Below, piece by piece: positions 25,167-35,587 of a stretch of 64,000 nt of DNA. Both the position numbers and the translations under genes were made by a program. This stretch comes from Squalus acanthias. Its lineage: Eukaryota. The stretch spans positions 1,736,001 to 1,800,000 of the forward strand of contig JASTWF010000035.1 of the NCBI GenBank assembly GCA_030390025.1. Reading direction: 5' to 3'. Under the pieces are notes generated by a model, which was not told where the DNA came from, ran no database searches, and saw nothing but the letters and a program-made list of their open reading frames with translations. Position 1 is the stretch's first letter. Every line of letters begins with the position of its first letter.

Positions 25167-26394
25167 TTACGCGAATCTGGCATGGATGAGTACATCCCTT
25201 GCCTGACGGCCAGCAATGTGCTCGAGTGCTGCTGCATTGGCCACCTCTGGCCCCGCAAGGCATGCCTCCTCCTCCTCCTCTTTGGCCTCCTCCTCGTCCT
25301 CTTCCTCCTCCTCCCCCTCTTCTTCTGAGGATGCTTTGCGCTGAGCCACTTGTTCCTCAGGCAGCGCTAAGCCACGCTGCTGTGCGATGTTGTGCAGGGT
25401 ACAGCAGACCACGATGATTCTGGAAACCCTGGCTGGTGCATGCCGCCAGATCTGTCGAGGCATCGGAATCGCATTTTGAGCAAGCCAATGGTTTGCTCTA
25501 TGATGCTTCTGGTGGAAATGTGGCTCAGATTGTACCGCTCCTCAGCCTCCTCATTGGTGTCATGAGCCACTTTTCCAGGGAATAGCCCTTGTCGCCAAGT
25601 AGCCATCCGGAAAGTTGGGTTGGCGGATTGAACAGCTGAGGCACAGTGGACTGCCGCAGGATGAAGGAGTCATGGCAACTGCCAGGGTACTTTGCGCAAA
25701 CATGCAGAATGTTCTTCCTGTGGTTACACACCAGCTGGACGTTAAGGGAGTGGAAGCGCTTGCGGTTGACAAATACAGCTGGGTTGTGATGGGGTGCCCT
25801 AATGGCCACATGTGTGCAGTCTACGATGCCCTGCACCCTTGGGAAGCCTGCCATATTTGCAAAGCCAACCGCACGCACGGTAACACTTGCTTCATCCGTG
25901 GAGAAGTGGATGTAATTGTGCGACTTTGCAAAGAGGGCATCGGTAGCCTGCGTGATGCAGGCATGTGCGGCCGACTGGGAGATGCCGCTGATGTCTGCAG
26001 CTGATCCCTGGAAGGAGCCCAAAGCAAAGAAGTTGAGTGCGATGGTGACTTTGACAGCAACTGGTAAGGGGTGTCCACCCGCTGCTCTGGGCTCCAGGTG
26101 TTGGTGCAGCAGTGTGCAGATGTCAGCGACTATCTCTGGCGAAAGTCTCAGCCTCCTTTGGCACTGCTGCTCACTCATGTTGAGGAAGCTCATCCCCGGC
26201 CTGTAAACCCTGTGTTGGGGGTATCTCCTGCGGCGACGTGCAGCCCTGCGCTGACACCCTCTGCCCTGTGCAGCATCAAGTGGGTGAGGAGAATGTTGGC
26301 GCTCCTGCCGTTGGTGCTGCTGCTGTGCCTGGTCCTGCTGCTGCTCTTCCTCCAAATCTGAGGACCAGGATGAGAGGATATAAATGGTTCCCAT
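25167..26394 (-). pseudogene. Harbinger DDE transposase (HARBI1-like), two frameshifts
   Basis: [70 protein letters not shown] and an acidic C-terminus across ORFs 25525-26394, 25367-25606 and 25167-25463. Confidence 0.93.
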
Positions 26395-27044
26395 CCCGCT
26401 GATATATATCTCAGTTGAGGAATGGAGGTTGTTTGCGCTCAGACAAAGGGGCCAAAGGGTATTCCAAGGAGCTCACACTGCACTTGGATTTCAGCCTCAA
26501 CACTCACAAGATTAGTTGAGCTGAAAAACGTCTCCCAAACCTCAAAGCACTAAGTTGCGCCATGTGAAAGAATGAGAAATTGCAGGACCGCTTTTAAGCT
26601 GCTCGACCAGCTGGCAACAATTCAGGTCCTCGCTCAACCTGGCTTGATTCAGCTGGCGTGTCTTTGTGAAGGCAGGCAGCATGCTGAACCTGCAAAATCC
26701 GAGCAGGCAGTTAAAATAGGATTATCCAGGCAGTTAACAAGCTGCCTCTCTCGCCGTTTGGTGTCCGGTCAGTTCGGGAGAGGCTGACCCGACACTTGCC
26801 AAAGTCGCGTGGAGGCGAGATGGTGGTGGGTTTGCAGCCCGCCTGCAATTTTTCCCGATTTTCGCAACAGACCCGCCTCCAAACCCGTCCTCTGAGGTCA
26901 ATTAAATTCACGGCCATTATTTAACCTCAAGCATTGGGGCTTTGGGTGAGAGGAATGGATTGGTCATTGTAGGGAATCTTTATGGTGCTGTTGGGGGATG
27001 ACTAAGTACAGCATGTGGCAAGCATGTGGCTGCATTGGAGCAAG

Positions 27045-28023
27045 TTAAATAAATCTGGCCATGATGAGGCCATCCTGGGCCTCCCAGTCAGCAATGTGCA
27101 CCATTGCTGGTGCCATCTGCACCTCAGGTTCCTCCTCCTTGTCTTCCACCTGCTCCTCCTCCTCCGCTGAAGAGGCTGTGTGCTGTGTGCCATGCTCCTC
27201 CAGCTGCTCCAATCCTCGCTGCTGCGCAATGTTGTACATCGCGCAGCAAACGACGATGATTCTGGAGACCCTGGCTGGTGTGTACTAAAGAGCTCCTCCA
27301 GATCTGTCAAGGCATCTGAAGCACATCTTCAGCATGTCAATTGCTTCCTCTATGACACATCTGGTTGACATGTGACTCTCATTATAACGCTCCTCAGCTT
27401 CGGTACTTGGGGTCTCAGGGGTGTCATGAGCCACATTGTGTCTCCAAGCTGCCAGCCAGTAAGACTGTTTGGAGGTACGAATAGCTGAGGGAGGGTGGAC
27501 TGGCGCAGCATGAAAGAGTCATGACCTGCCAGGGAATCTGGCGCACACATGCATATCATCTTTTTATGGTTGCAGATGCGCTGCACATTGAGGGAGTGGA
27601 AGCCCTTGCGGTTCACAAACATTCCTGGGTGATGATGGGCTACCTTCATGGCCACATGTGTGCAGTCGAAGACGCCCTGCACCTGTGAGAAGTCAGCCAG
27701 AGCTGCAAAGCCTCTGGGCAGCAGGTCTTGTTCCAGCAAGCTACAAATGTCTATGATGACCTGGCGCGATAGTCTGAGCCTCCAGAAGCACTGCTGCTCA
27801 GTCATACTGAGGAAGCTCATCCTCTGCCTGTATACCCTGTGTTGGGGGTATCGCCTCTGGCGTGCTGCAGCCCTGTGGTGCACTCCTCCTGTGGAGCATC
27901 AGGTCATTGAGGAGAAGGCTGCTGTTGTGGTTGTTGCTGCTGGTGTGGCTGGTGTTGTTGGTGGTGGGGCTCATCTTGGTCCGATTCTGAGGCCCAAGGT
28001 GAGACAGTATAAGTGGCACCCAT
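27045..28023 (-). pseudogene. Second, more decayed Harbinger transposase (outer element)
   Basis: ATG at 28023 (MGATYTVSPWAS..Q-rich), then [28 protein letters not shown] and the acidic tail LIMARFI*. TIR-like end GGGAAAATTCCGGCC at about 28558-28572. Confidence 0.88.
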
Positions 28024-28599
28024 GCTGATGTAGTAGATGGCAGGTAAAGTGGAGATCAGAGGGCCAATCCCTCAATGTTGTGATAGTGAGTAGCAATGCG
28101 GTGAGAGTGGTTTCCGAGGTTTCAGAAATGACCCTCAAGCTGCAGACACTTAAATCTGTGGACAAGATGGAGTGAGCAAGAGCCTTTTCATGAGGCAAGT
28201 AATGAGGTGTAATGTTGCAGTATTTATGTGCTTTTCTCAGCTGTCAATGAATGAACTCGCCAATGGCCACTGAGCTTCCGTCTCCCCTTCACAGGCGAGG
28301 TACTCGACCTCCGTGAATCCCGTGCTCTTGCAGTAAAACTTAAAAGCTGACGTTAAAATCACTCTTAAGGGTCTCTCAACAAGCACTTAATGATTTCAAT
28401 GAGGTCTCCCGGCCTCTGCCGATTGGGTCCGTGTCACGCCTTCAAAGCTGCCCGCGTTAAATAGGCAAGGCAGCAGGATGACGGCAGGTTCCCGACATGC
28501 TCGCTATTTCCGGATTTTTTACTGCTGACCCACCCCCAAACCCGCACACTCGGCAACGGGAAAATTCCGGCCAGCGTACCTGTGGAGCTAGGAGGAGCA

Positions 28600-28802
28600 G
28601 GAGTGCTCCTCCGACTCGTAACCTGATGCCAGGAAGTATTTCCTCACAAAGAAGGGTGCTCAATACCTCGATTGGACACAGGGTAAGGTCGTGGAAGCAG
28701 AAACTCTTGAGCCATTCAAGCGCCAGTTGGATGCCAGGTGGCGCCATTGGTTCTATGGATGGATGAGCAAGATGGGCTGAATGGCCTCCCTTACCTTGTG
28801 AA
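28600..28802 (+). mobile_element. Highly decayed CR1 3' end
   Basis: AGGAAGTATTTCCTCACAAAGAAGGGTG..GATGGGCTGAATGGCCTCC resembles the CR1 terminus. Confidence 0.55.
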
Positions 28803-28873
28803 ATATAGAAACACACATAAACCCAGACATTGACACACTGAAGCAGGCAGACATTTAGACAAGCATACATAGC

Positions 28874-29467
28874 ATCATAGAGTCATAGCGTTATACAGCA
28901 CAGAAAGAGGCCCTTTGGCCCATCGTGTCCGCGCCGGCCATCAAGCCCGGTCTATTCTAATCCCATTTTCCAGCACTTGGTCCGTAGCCTTGTATGCTAT
29001 GGCGTTTCAAGTGCTCATCTAAATGCTTCTTGAATGTTGTGAGGGTTCCTGCCTCTACCACCCTTTCAGGCAGTGAGTTCCAGATTCCAACCACCCTCTG
29101 GGTGAAAAAGTTTTTCCTCAAATCCCCTCTAAACCTCCTGCCCCTTACCTTGAAACTATGCCCCCTGGTTATTGACCCCTCTACTAAGGGGAAAAGTTCC
29201 TTTCTATCTACCCTATCTATACCCCTCATAATTTTGTACACCTCAATCAGGTCCCCCCTCAGCCTTCTCTGCTCTAAGGAAAACAACCCCAGCCCTGTCC
29301 AGTCTCTCTTCATTGCTGAAAGCTCCAGCCCAGGTAACATCCTGGTGAATCTCCTCTGCACCCTCTCCAATGCAATCACATCCTTCCTATAGTGTGGCGA
29401 CCAGAACTGCACACAGTATTCCAGCTGTGGCCTAACTAGCGTTTTGTACAGCTCCATCATAACCTCC
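28874..29467 (-). mobile_element. Young 5'-truncated CR1 LINE
   Basis: ORF 28957-29538 RT C-terminus. Near-identical to 31655-32247. Confidence 0.92.
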
Positions 29468-29579
29468 ATAAAGACCAGGGATAATCCTCCACACACATTC
29501 AGACTGACTGACCTTACAGCTAGCGATAGCGAGCCCACTGAACCATGAATGTAAAAGGTTTTTTGTGTCTCCCCTACAG

Positions 29580-29772
29580 GGATGTATTGTGTGGAAAAAT
29601 CCAGTGTAAGGGCGGAGGAGCAAAACCACTCCGAGGAGGAACCTTGAGCATTGTTACCACCTCCTTCGTTTTACGGGATGTGACCTATAATTGCCGAGGG
29701 ACATTTGTTACTTTAGGTGATGCCAGCAGTTCAGACCTAGTTCGGCAAGGAACCAATTGCGGAGACAACAAG
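29580..29772 (+). CDS. Next coding exon of the ADAM gene (cysteine-rich domain second half)
   Basis: TTTTTTGTGTCTCCCCTACAG acceptor and GTAATC donor at 29773. Encodes (K)DVLCGKIQCKGGGAKPLRGGTLSIVTTSFVLRDVTYNCRGTFVTLGDASSSDLVRQGTNCGDNK, in phase with exon 605-713 (AA+G = Lys). Confidence 0.94.
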
Positions 29773-29917
29773 GTAATCAATTCACGATCACTATAAAGCA
29801 ATATTAACTCTGGAGGAATTGGTACTGTTCCACTCTCCCCATTCAAGCTCATAGACTTCCTTCCCTCCCAGGGGTCATGCTGCCACTCTCCCTCCTCACT
29901 CCACAGTTAAAGACGTA

Positions 29918-30645
29918 GGGGGAAAAATTCGTTATTGACCATTTTGGGGCGCGAACATTGCCTGGGCGCTAACTTTAGCGCCCGGCACCAGCGACCGCAA
30001 ACTTCAGTTTTAGCGCCCCAAGAGGATGGTGGAGCGCTAATTCGAGCACTCCACTTACTTCTCAGAGCGCTAACCCCGAATATCGGGGCGGTGCGTTCTG
30101 CAGCGCTACGCACTGGGCCACATAGCGCTTCCGCATGGAAGGGCTCTTCCCCTCACTAAAGGGGAGAGCCCAAGCCCACAAGTCTGCGAGCCCCTACCTG
30201 GACCACCGGGGAGCGGGGTGCCGTGCCAGCAGCCTGGCACAAAAGAGGATTGCCAGGCTGCCAGAACGCAGCACAGACCCGCGTTCAAAGACGCATCGGG
30301 CCGTGCCAAGTAAGTGGACGATTTCTTTTCCCCATCCGCCACCTCCCCTTTACTTAGTGCCCCGCGATCCTCCTGCTGCACTGTTCCCGCCCCCTGAATT
30401 GGTCGCTGTCATCGCCTGGCGCACCGGCCATTTTTGCAGGTGGGCCAAAAACAGAGCGCTACGCACAGTGATGACGTCATCGTCTGCGCAGCGGAGCGGG
30501 TTGCTACCGGTTACCGCTGCCGCTAAAGCTCTGAATTTAGCGGGAGTCGTTAGCGGCGCTGCGCCCGGGCGAAAAGTCATTGGCGCCCCGTTAGCGCCCC
30601 CCAGAGGCACTAACAGGAGGCGCTAAGGTACCCAATTTCTAGCCC
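29918..30645. mobile_element. CpG-rich MITE, Harbinger/Tourist-like
   Basis: TSD GTA at 29915-29917 and 30646-30648. Imperfect TIRs GGGGGAAAAATTCGTTA versus reverse-complemented GGGCTAGAAATTGGGTA (12/17). Repeated subterminal TTAGCGCC/GGCGCTAA motifs. Confidence 0.78.
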
Positions 30646-30659
30646 GTATTTTCTGATTC

Positions 30660-31148
30660 ACACTGCTCCCAGCCTCCCCCATTCCCCCACTCTGCCACCT
30701 CCAACTTCTGCTCCTGCTCCCTCGCCTTCATTGCCTTTAATTTCCCACTCTCCACTCCCCTTCCCTCTCCCCCTCTCTCCCCTTCACTTTCCCCTTCCCT
30801 CTCCCCCTCTCCCCCCTTCACTTTGCCCCTTCCCTCTCCCCCTCTCTCCCCTTCACTGTGCCCCTTCCCTCTCCCCTTCATTTTCCCCCTCACTTTGCCC
30901 CATCCCACTCCCCTTCATATATTCCCCTTCCCTCTTCCCATCACATTCCCCCTTTCCTCTCTTATTCACTTCCATCCTTACACTTCACCACAATCTACCC
31001 TCTTTCATTGACATCCACTCTCAATCCCTCCCCATCTATTCTCCTCACCATACAATCTCCCTCCTCCCTTCACTATAAATTCTGCCCGCTCCCTCACCAT
31101 ACATTGTTCCTCCTCCTGTCACTGCAATTCTTCCACTCTCCTCACCAT
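30660..31148. repeat. CT-rich low-complexity polypyrimidine tract
   Basis: Directly visible, with short CCCCTTCCCTCTCCCCCTCTCTCCCCTTCACT repeats. Confidence 0.85.
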
Positions 31149-31149
31149 T

Positions 31150-31646
31150 AATTATAAAGCTGGGTGGGAATGTAAGTTGTGAGGAGGATGCAAGGACATA
31201 TAGACAGGCTAAGTGAGTGGGCAAGAACATGGCAAATGGAATATAATGTGGAGAAATGTGAAGTTATCCACTTTGGTAGGAAAAATGGAAAAGCAGAGTA
31301 TTTTTTAAATGGTGAGAGATTGGGAAATTTTGGTGTTCAGAGGGAGCTGGGTGTCCTTGTACATGAACCACTGAAAGTTAACAAGCAGGTACAGCAAGCA
31401 ATTAGAAAAGCAAATGGTATGTTGGCCTTTATGACAAGAGGATTGGAGTACAAGAGTAAAGACGTCTTACTGCAATTATATAGGGCCCTGGTGAGACCAC
31501 ACCTGGAGTACTGTGTACAGTTTTGGTCTCATTACCTAAGGAAGGATATACTTGCCATAGAAGGAGTGCAATGAAGGTTCACCAGACTGGTTCCTGGGGT
31601 GGGGGGATTGTCCAATGAGGAAAGATTGAGTAGACTAGGCCTATAT
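31150..31646 (+). mobile_element. CR1 RT internal fragment
   Basis: ORF 31179-31574 (WQMEYNVEKCEVIHFGRKN..YCVQFWS). Confidence 0.88.
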
Positions 31647-34600
31647 TAGAGTCATAATAGAGTAATAGAGTTATACAGCACAGAAAGAGGCCCTTCGGCC
31701 CATCGTGTCCGCGCCGGCCATCAAGCCTCCTCTATTCTAATCCCATTTTCCAGCACTTGGTCCGTAGCCTTGTATGCTATGGCGTTTCAAGTGCTCATCT
31801 AAATGCTTCTTGAATGTTGTGAGGGTTCCTGCCTCTACCACCCTTTCAGGCAGTGAGTTCCAGATTCCAACCATCCTCTGGGTGAAAATGTTTTTCCTCA
31901 AATCCGCTCTAAACCTCCTGCCCCTTACCTTGAAACTATGCCCCCTGGTTATTGACCCCTCTACTAAGGGGAAAAATTCCTTTCTAATGACCCTATCTAT
32001 GCCCCTCATAATTTTGTACACCTCAATCAGGTCCCCCCTCAGCCTTCTCTGCTCTAAAGAAAACAATCCCAGCCTGTCCAGTCTCTCTTCATAGCTGAAG
32101 CGCTCCAGCCCAGGTAACATCCTGGTGAATCTCCTCTGCACCCTCTCCAATGTAATCACATCCTTCCTATAGTGTGGCGACCAGAATTGCACACAGTATT
32201 CCAGCTGTGGCCTAACCAGCGTTTTGTACGGCTCCATCATAACCTCCCTGCTCTTATATTCTATGCCTCCGTTAATGAAGGCAAGTATCCCATATGCCTT
32301 TTTAACTACCTTATCTACCTGTCCTGCTGCCTTCAGGGATCTATGTACATGCACACCAAGGTTCCTCTGATCCTCTGTCCTTCCTAGGGTCCTACCATTC
32401 ATTGTGTATTCCCTTGCCTTGTTAGTCCTCCCAAAATGCATCACCTCACACTTTTCAGGGTTAAATTCCATTTGCCACTATTCTGCCCATCTAACAATCC
32501 CGTCTATATCGTCCTGTAGCCTGAGGCTTCCCTCCTCGCTATTTACCATTCCACCAATTTTCATATCATCTGCGAACTTACTGATCATACCTCCTACATT
32601 CATACCTAAATCATGAATGTACACTACAAACAGCAAAGGACCCAGCACCGATCCCTGCGGTACACCACTGGACACAGGCTTCCAGTCACAAAAACAACCT
32701 TCGACCATCACCCTCTGCCTCCTGCCACTAAGCCAATTTTGGATCCAATGTGCCAAATTGCCCTGGATCCCATGGGCTCTTACCTTCTTGACCAGTCTCC
32801 CATGGGGGAATTTTGACAAAAGCCTTACTGAAGTCCATGTAGACTACATCAACTGCAGCACCCTCATCCACACACCTAGTCACCCCCTCGAAAAATTCAA
32901 TCAAATTGGTCGGACATGATCTCCCCCTGACAAAGCCATGCTGACTATCCCTGATTAATCCCTGCCTCTCTAAGTGGAGACTAATTCTGTCCCTCAGAAT
33001 TGTTTCCAATAATTTCCCTACCACTGATGTTAGGCTGGCAATCAGTAACGAGTGGTGTTCCGCAGGGGTCAGTGCTGGGTCCCCAACTCTTTACAATCTA
33101 TATTAACGATTTGGAGGAGGGGACCGAGTGTAACATATCAAAGTTTGCAGATGATACTAAGATGGGAGGGAAAGTAATGAGTGAGGAGGACATAAAAAAT
33201 CTGCAAGGGGACATAGACAGGCTAAGTAAGTGGGCAGAGATTTGGCAGATGGAATACAATACTGGAAAGTGTGAGGTTATGCACTTTGGCAGGAAAAATA
33301 GTAGAGCAAGTTATTATCTTAATGGCAAGAAACTGGAAAGTACTGAAGTACAAAGGGATCTGGGGGTCCTGGTGTACGAAACTCAAAAGGTTAGTATGCA
33401 GGTGCAGCAAGTGATTAAGAAGGCCAATGGAATGTTGGCTTTCATTGCTAAGGGGATAGAATATAAAAATAGGGAGGTATTGCTTCAGTTGTACAAGGTA
33501 TTGGTGAGACCGCACCTGGAATACTGCATACAGTTTTGGTGTCCATACTTAAGAAAAGACATACTTGCTCTCGAGTCAGTACAAAGAAGGTTCACTCGGT
33601 TAATCCCGGGGATGAGGGGATGGACATATGAGGAGAGGTTGGGTAGATTGGGACTCTACTCATTGGAGTTCAGAAGAATGAGAGGCGATCTTATTGAAAC
33701 ATATAAGATTGTGAAGGGGTTGGATCGGGAGGATGTTCCCGATGATGGGTGAAACTAGAACTAGGGGGCATAGTCTTAGAATAAGGGGCTGCTCTTTCAA
33801 AACTGAGATGAGAAGGAACTACTTCACTCAGAGGGTGGTAGGTCCATGGAATATGCTGCCCCAAAAAGCTGTAGAAGCTACATCATTACATAAATTTAAA
33901 ACAGAAATAGACAGTTTCCTAGAAGTAAAGGGAATTAAGGGTTACGGGGAGCGGGCAGGAATTTGGACATGAGTCTAGGTTCGGATCGGTCATGGCCCTG
34001 TGGGTAGCGTAGCGGGCCCAGGGGCCGTGTAGCCTGATCCTGCTCCTATTTTGTGTGTCCAATTCTGTTAGGTTCTGGAGATGGTTTTGTGATAGTAGAT
34101 TGGCGGTTAGGATCAGATCAGCCATGATCTTATTGAATGGCGGAGCAGGCTCGAGGGGCCAATTGGCCTACTCCTGCTCCCATTTCTTATGTTCTTATGT
34201 AAGAGATAGAAGCAGAAGAGGAGGAAGCAGAAGAGGTGTCATATTGCCACTTTCCAATCCTCAGGCACCTCCCCTGCATCTAGGGAAGATTGGAAAATTA
34301 TGGGAAGCCCTTCCACTATCTCCTCCCCCAAAGCCCAAAGCAACCTGGGATGCAAGCCATCTGGACCAGGCGACTTATCCACTCTAAGCATACCCAGCCT
34401 TTCTAGTACATCCTGTCTATCAATTTTCACCCCTTCCATTGCTTCTAACTTTTCCACTTCTACCGATATTTTGTCAGCATCCACCTCCTTAGCTAAACAC
34501 CGATACAAAGTACTCATTGAATAGTCTAGCCTTGCCCTGCGCCTCTAATCAAATATCACCTTCTTTGTTCCTAATAGGCCCCACCCCGCCTCTTACTGTT

Positions 34601-35587
34601 TATATGCCGGTAGAAGATTCTGGGATTCCCTTTTATGTTAACCGCCATTCTACTCTCATATTCTCTCTTTGCCAATCTTATTTTCATCTTCACTTCCCCT
34701 CTCAACTTATTGTATTTGGTCTGGTTCTCGCTGGAAGAATTCACCTGACATGCATCATACACCCTCTTTTTTGTTTCATCATCTTCTCTATCTCCCTCGT
34801 CATCCAAGGAGCCCTTGCTTTGGTTCCCTTACTCTCCCTCTTGTTGGAATGTACCTAGCCTGTACTTGGAACATCTCCACCTTAAAGATCACCCATTGTT
34901 GCATTACAGTTTTTCCTGTCAGTATTTGGTTCCATTTTACCCTGGCTAGATCCTTTCGCTTCCCATTGAAGTTAACCATATTCCAGTTTAGAAGTTCCAC
35001 TCTAGATTGTTCCTTGCTCCTCTCATTGCTAATCAAAATCTTATGATACAGATGATCACTCGTACCCAAGTGTTCGCCCACAGACACTTGGTCGACCTGG
35101 CCCACCTCATTCCCCAGCACCAGATCCAGCAATGCCTCGTTTCTAGTTGGGCCAAGAACATACTGGTCAAGGAAATTCTCCTGAACACATTTCAGAAATT
35201 CCTCCCCCTCCTTTCCCTTTACCCTAGCATTATCCCAATCGATATTTGGGTAATTAAAGTCCCCCAATATCACCACTCTATAGCTCTTGCTTATCTCTGC
35301 GATTTCACTGCAGATTTGCTCCTCTACCTCCCTCTCACTATTTGGAGGCCTGCAGAATAACCCCATTATCATGATCATACCCAATTTGCTCCTCAACTCT
35401 AACCAAATGGATTCTGTCCTTGTCCCCTCAAGAACATCCTCCATTTCCAACACTACAATGCCTTCCTTAATCAGCACTGCAACCCTACCTCCCTTTTTTC
35501 CTTCCCTATCTTTTCTGAACACCTTGCACTCTTGAATATTAAGTGCCCAGTCCTCACCGTTTTTAAGCCACGTTTCCGATATTGCCA
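31647..35587 (-). mobile_element. CR1 LINE (3' tail to APE), interrupted by a + strand CR1 at about 33033-34200
   Basis: ORFs 31737-32471, 32478-32819 and 32728-33024 (RT), 34239-34517, and 34800-35663 (APE: ETWL, GDFN, SDH). Confidence 0.85.
33033..34200 (+). mobile_element. 5'-truncated CR1 LINE with duplicated 3' terminal motif
   Basis: ORF 33000-33752 RT. GGCTG microhomology at the 5' junction. Tail TTCTTATGTTCTTATG at about 34183-34199. Confidence 0.9.

Larger units (their letters stand above)
21674..26915. mobile_element. Structurally complete PIF/Harbinger DNA transposon (Myb gene on +, transposase on -), with CR1 insertion
   Basis: Perfect 15-bp TIRs GGCCGTGAATTTAAT / ATTAAATTCACGGCC. 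TSD ATT at 21671-21673 and 26916-26918. Two convergent genes. Confidence 0.95.

Noticed and set aside
25167..26394. Domesticated host HARBI1 gene (and NAIF1 for the Myb gene)
   Set aside because: Frameshifted, enclosed by TIRs and a TSD, and present as several decayed relatives, so these are transposon copies rather than host genes.
8969..28572. Pairing the TIR-like ends at 8969 and 28572 as one giant element
   Set aside because: Ends differ (GGCCCCGATATT versus GGCCGGAATTTT) and the flanks TAT/AGC do not match.
30639..31230. Pro/Ser/Leu-rich and Gly/Glu-rich ORFs (also 41365-42101)
   Set aside because: Low-complexity CT tracts with no domain signal.
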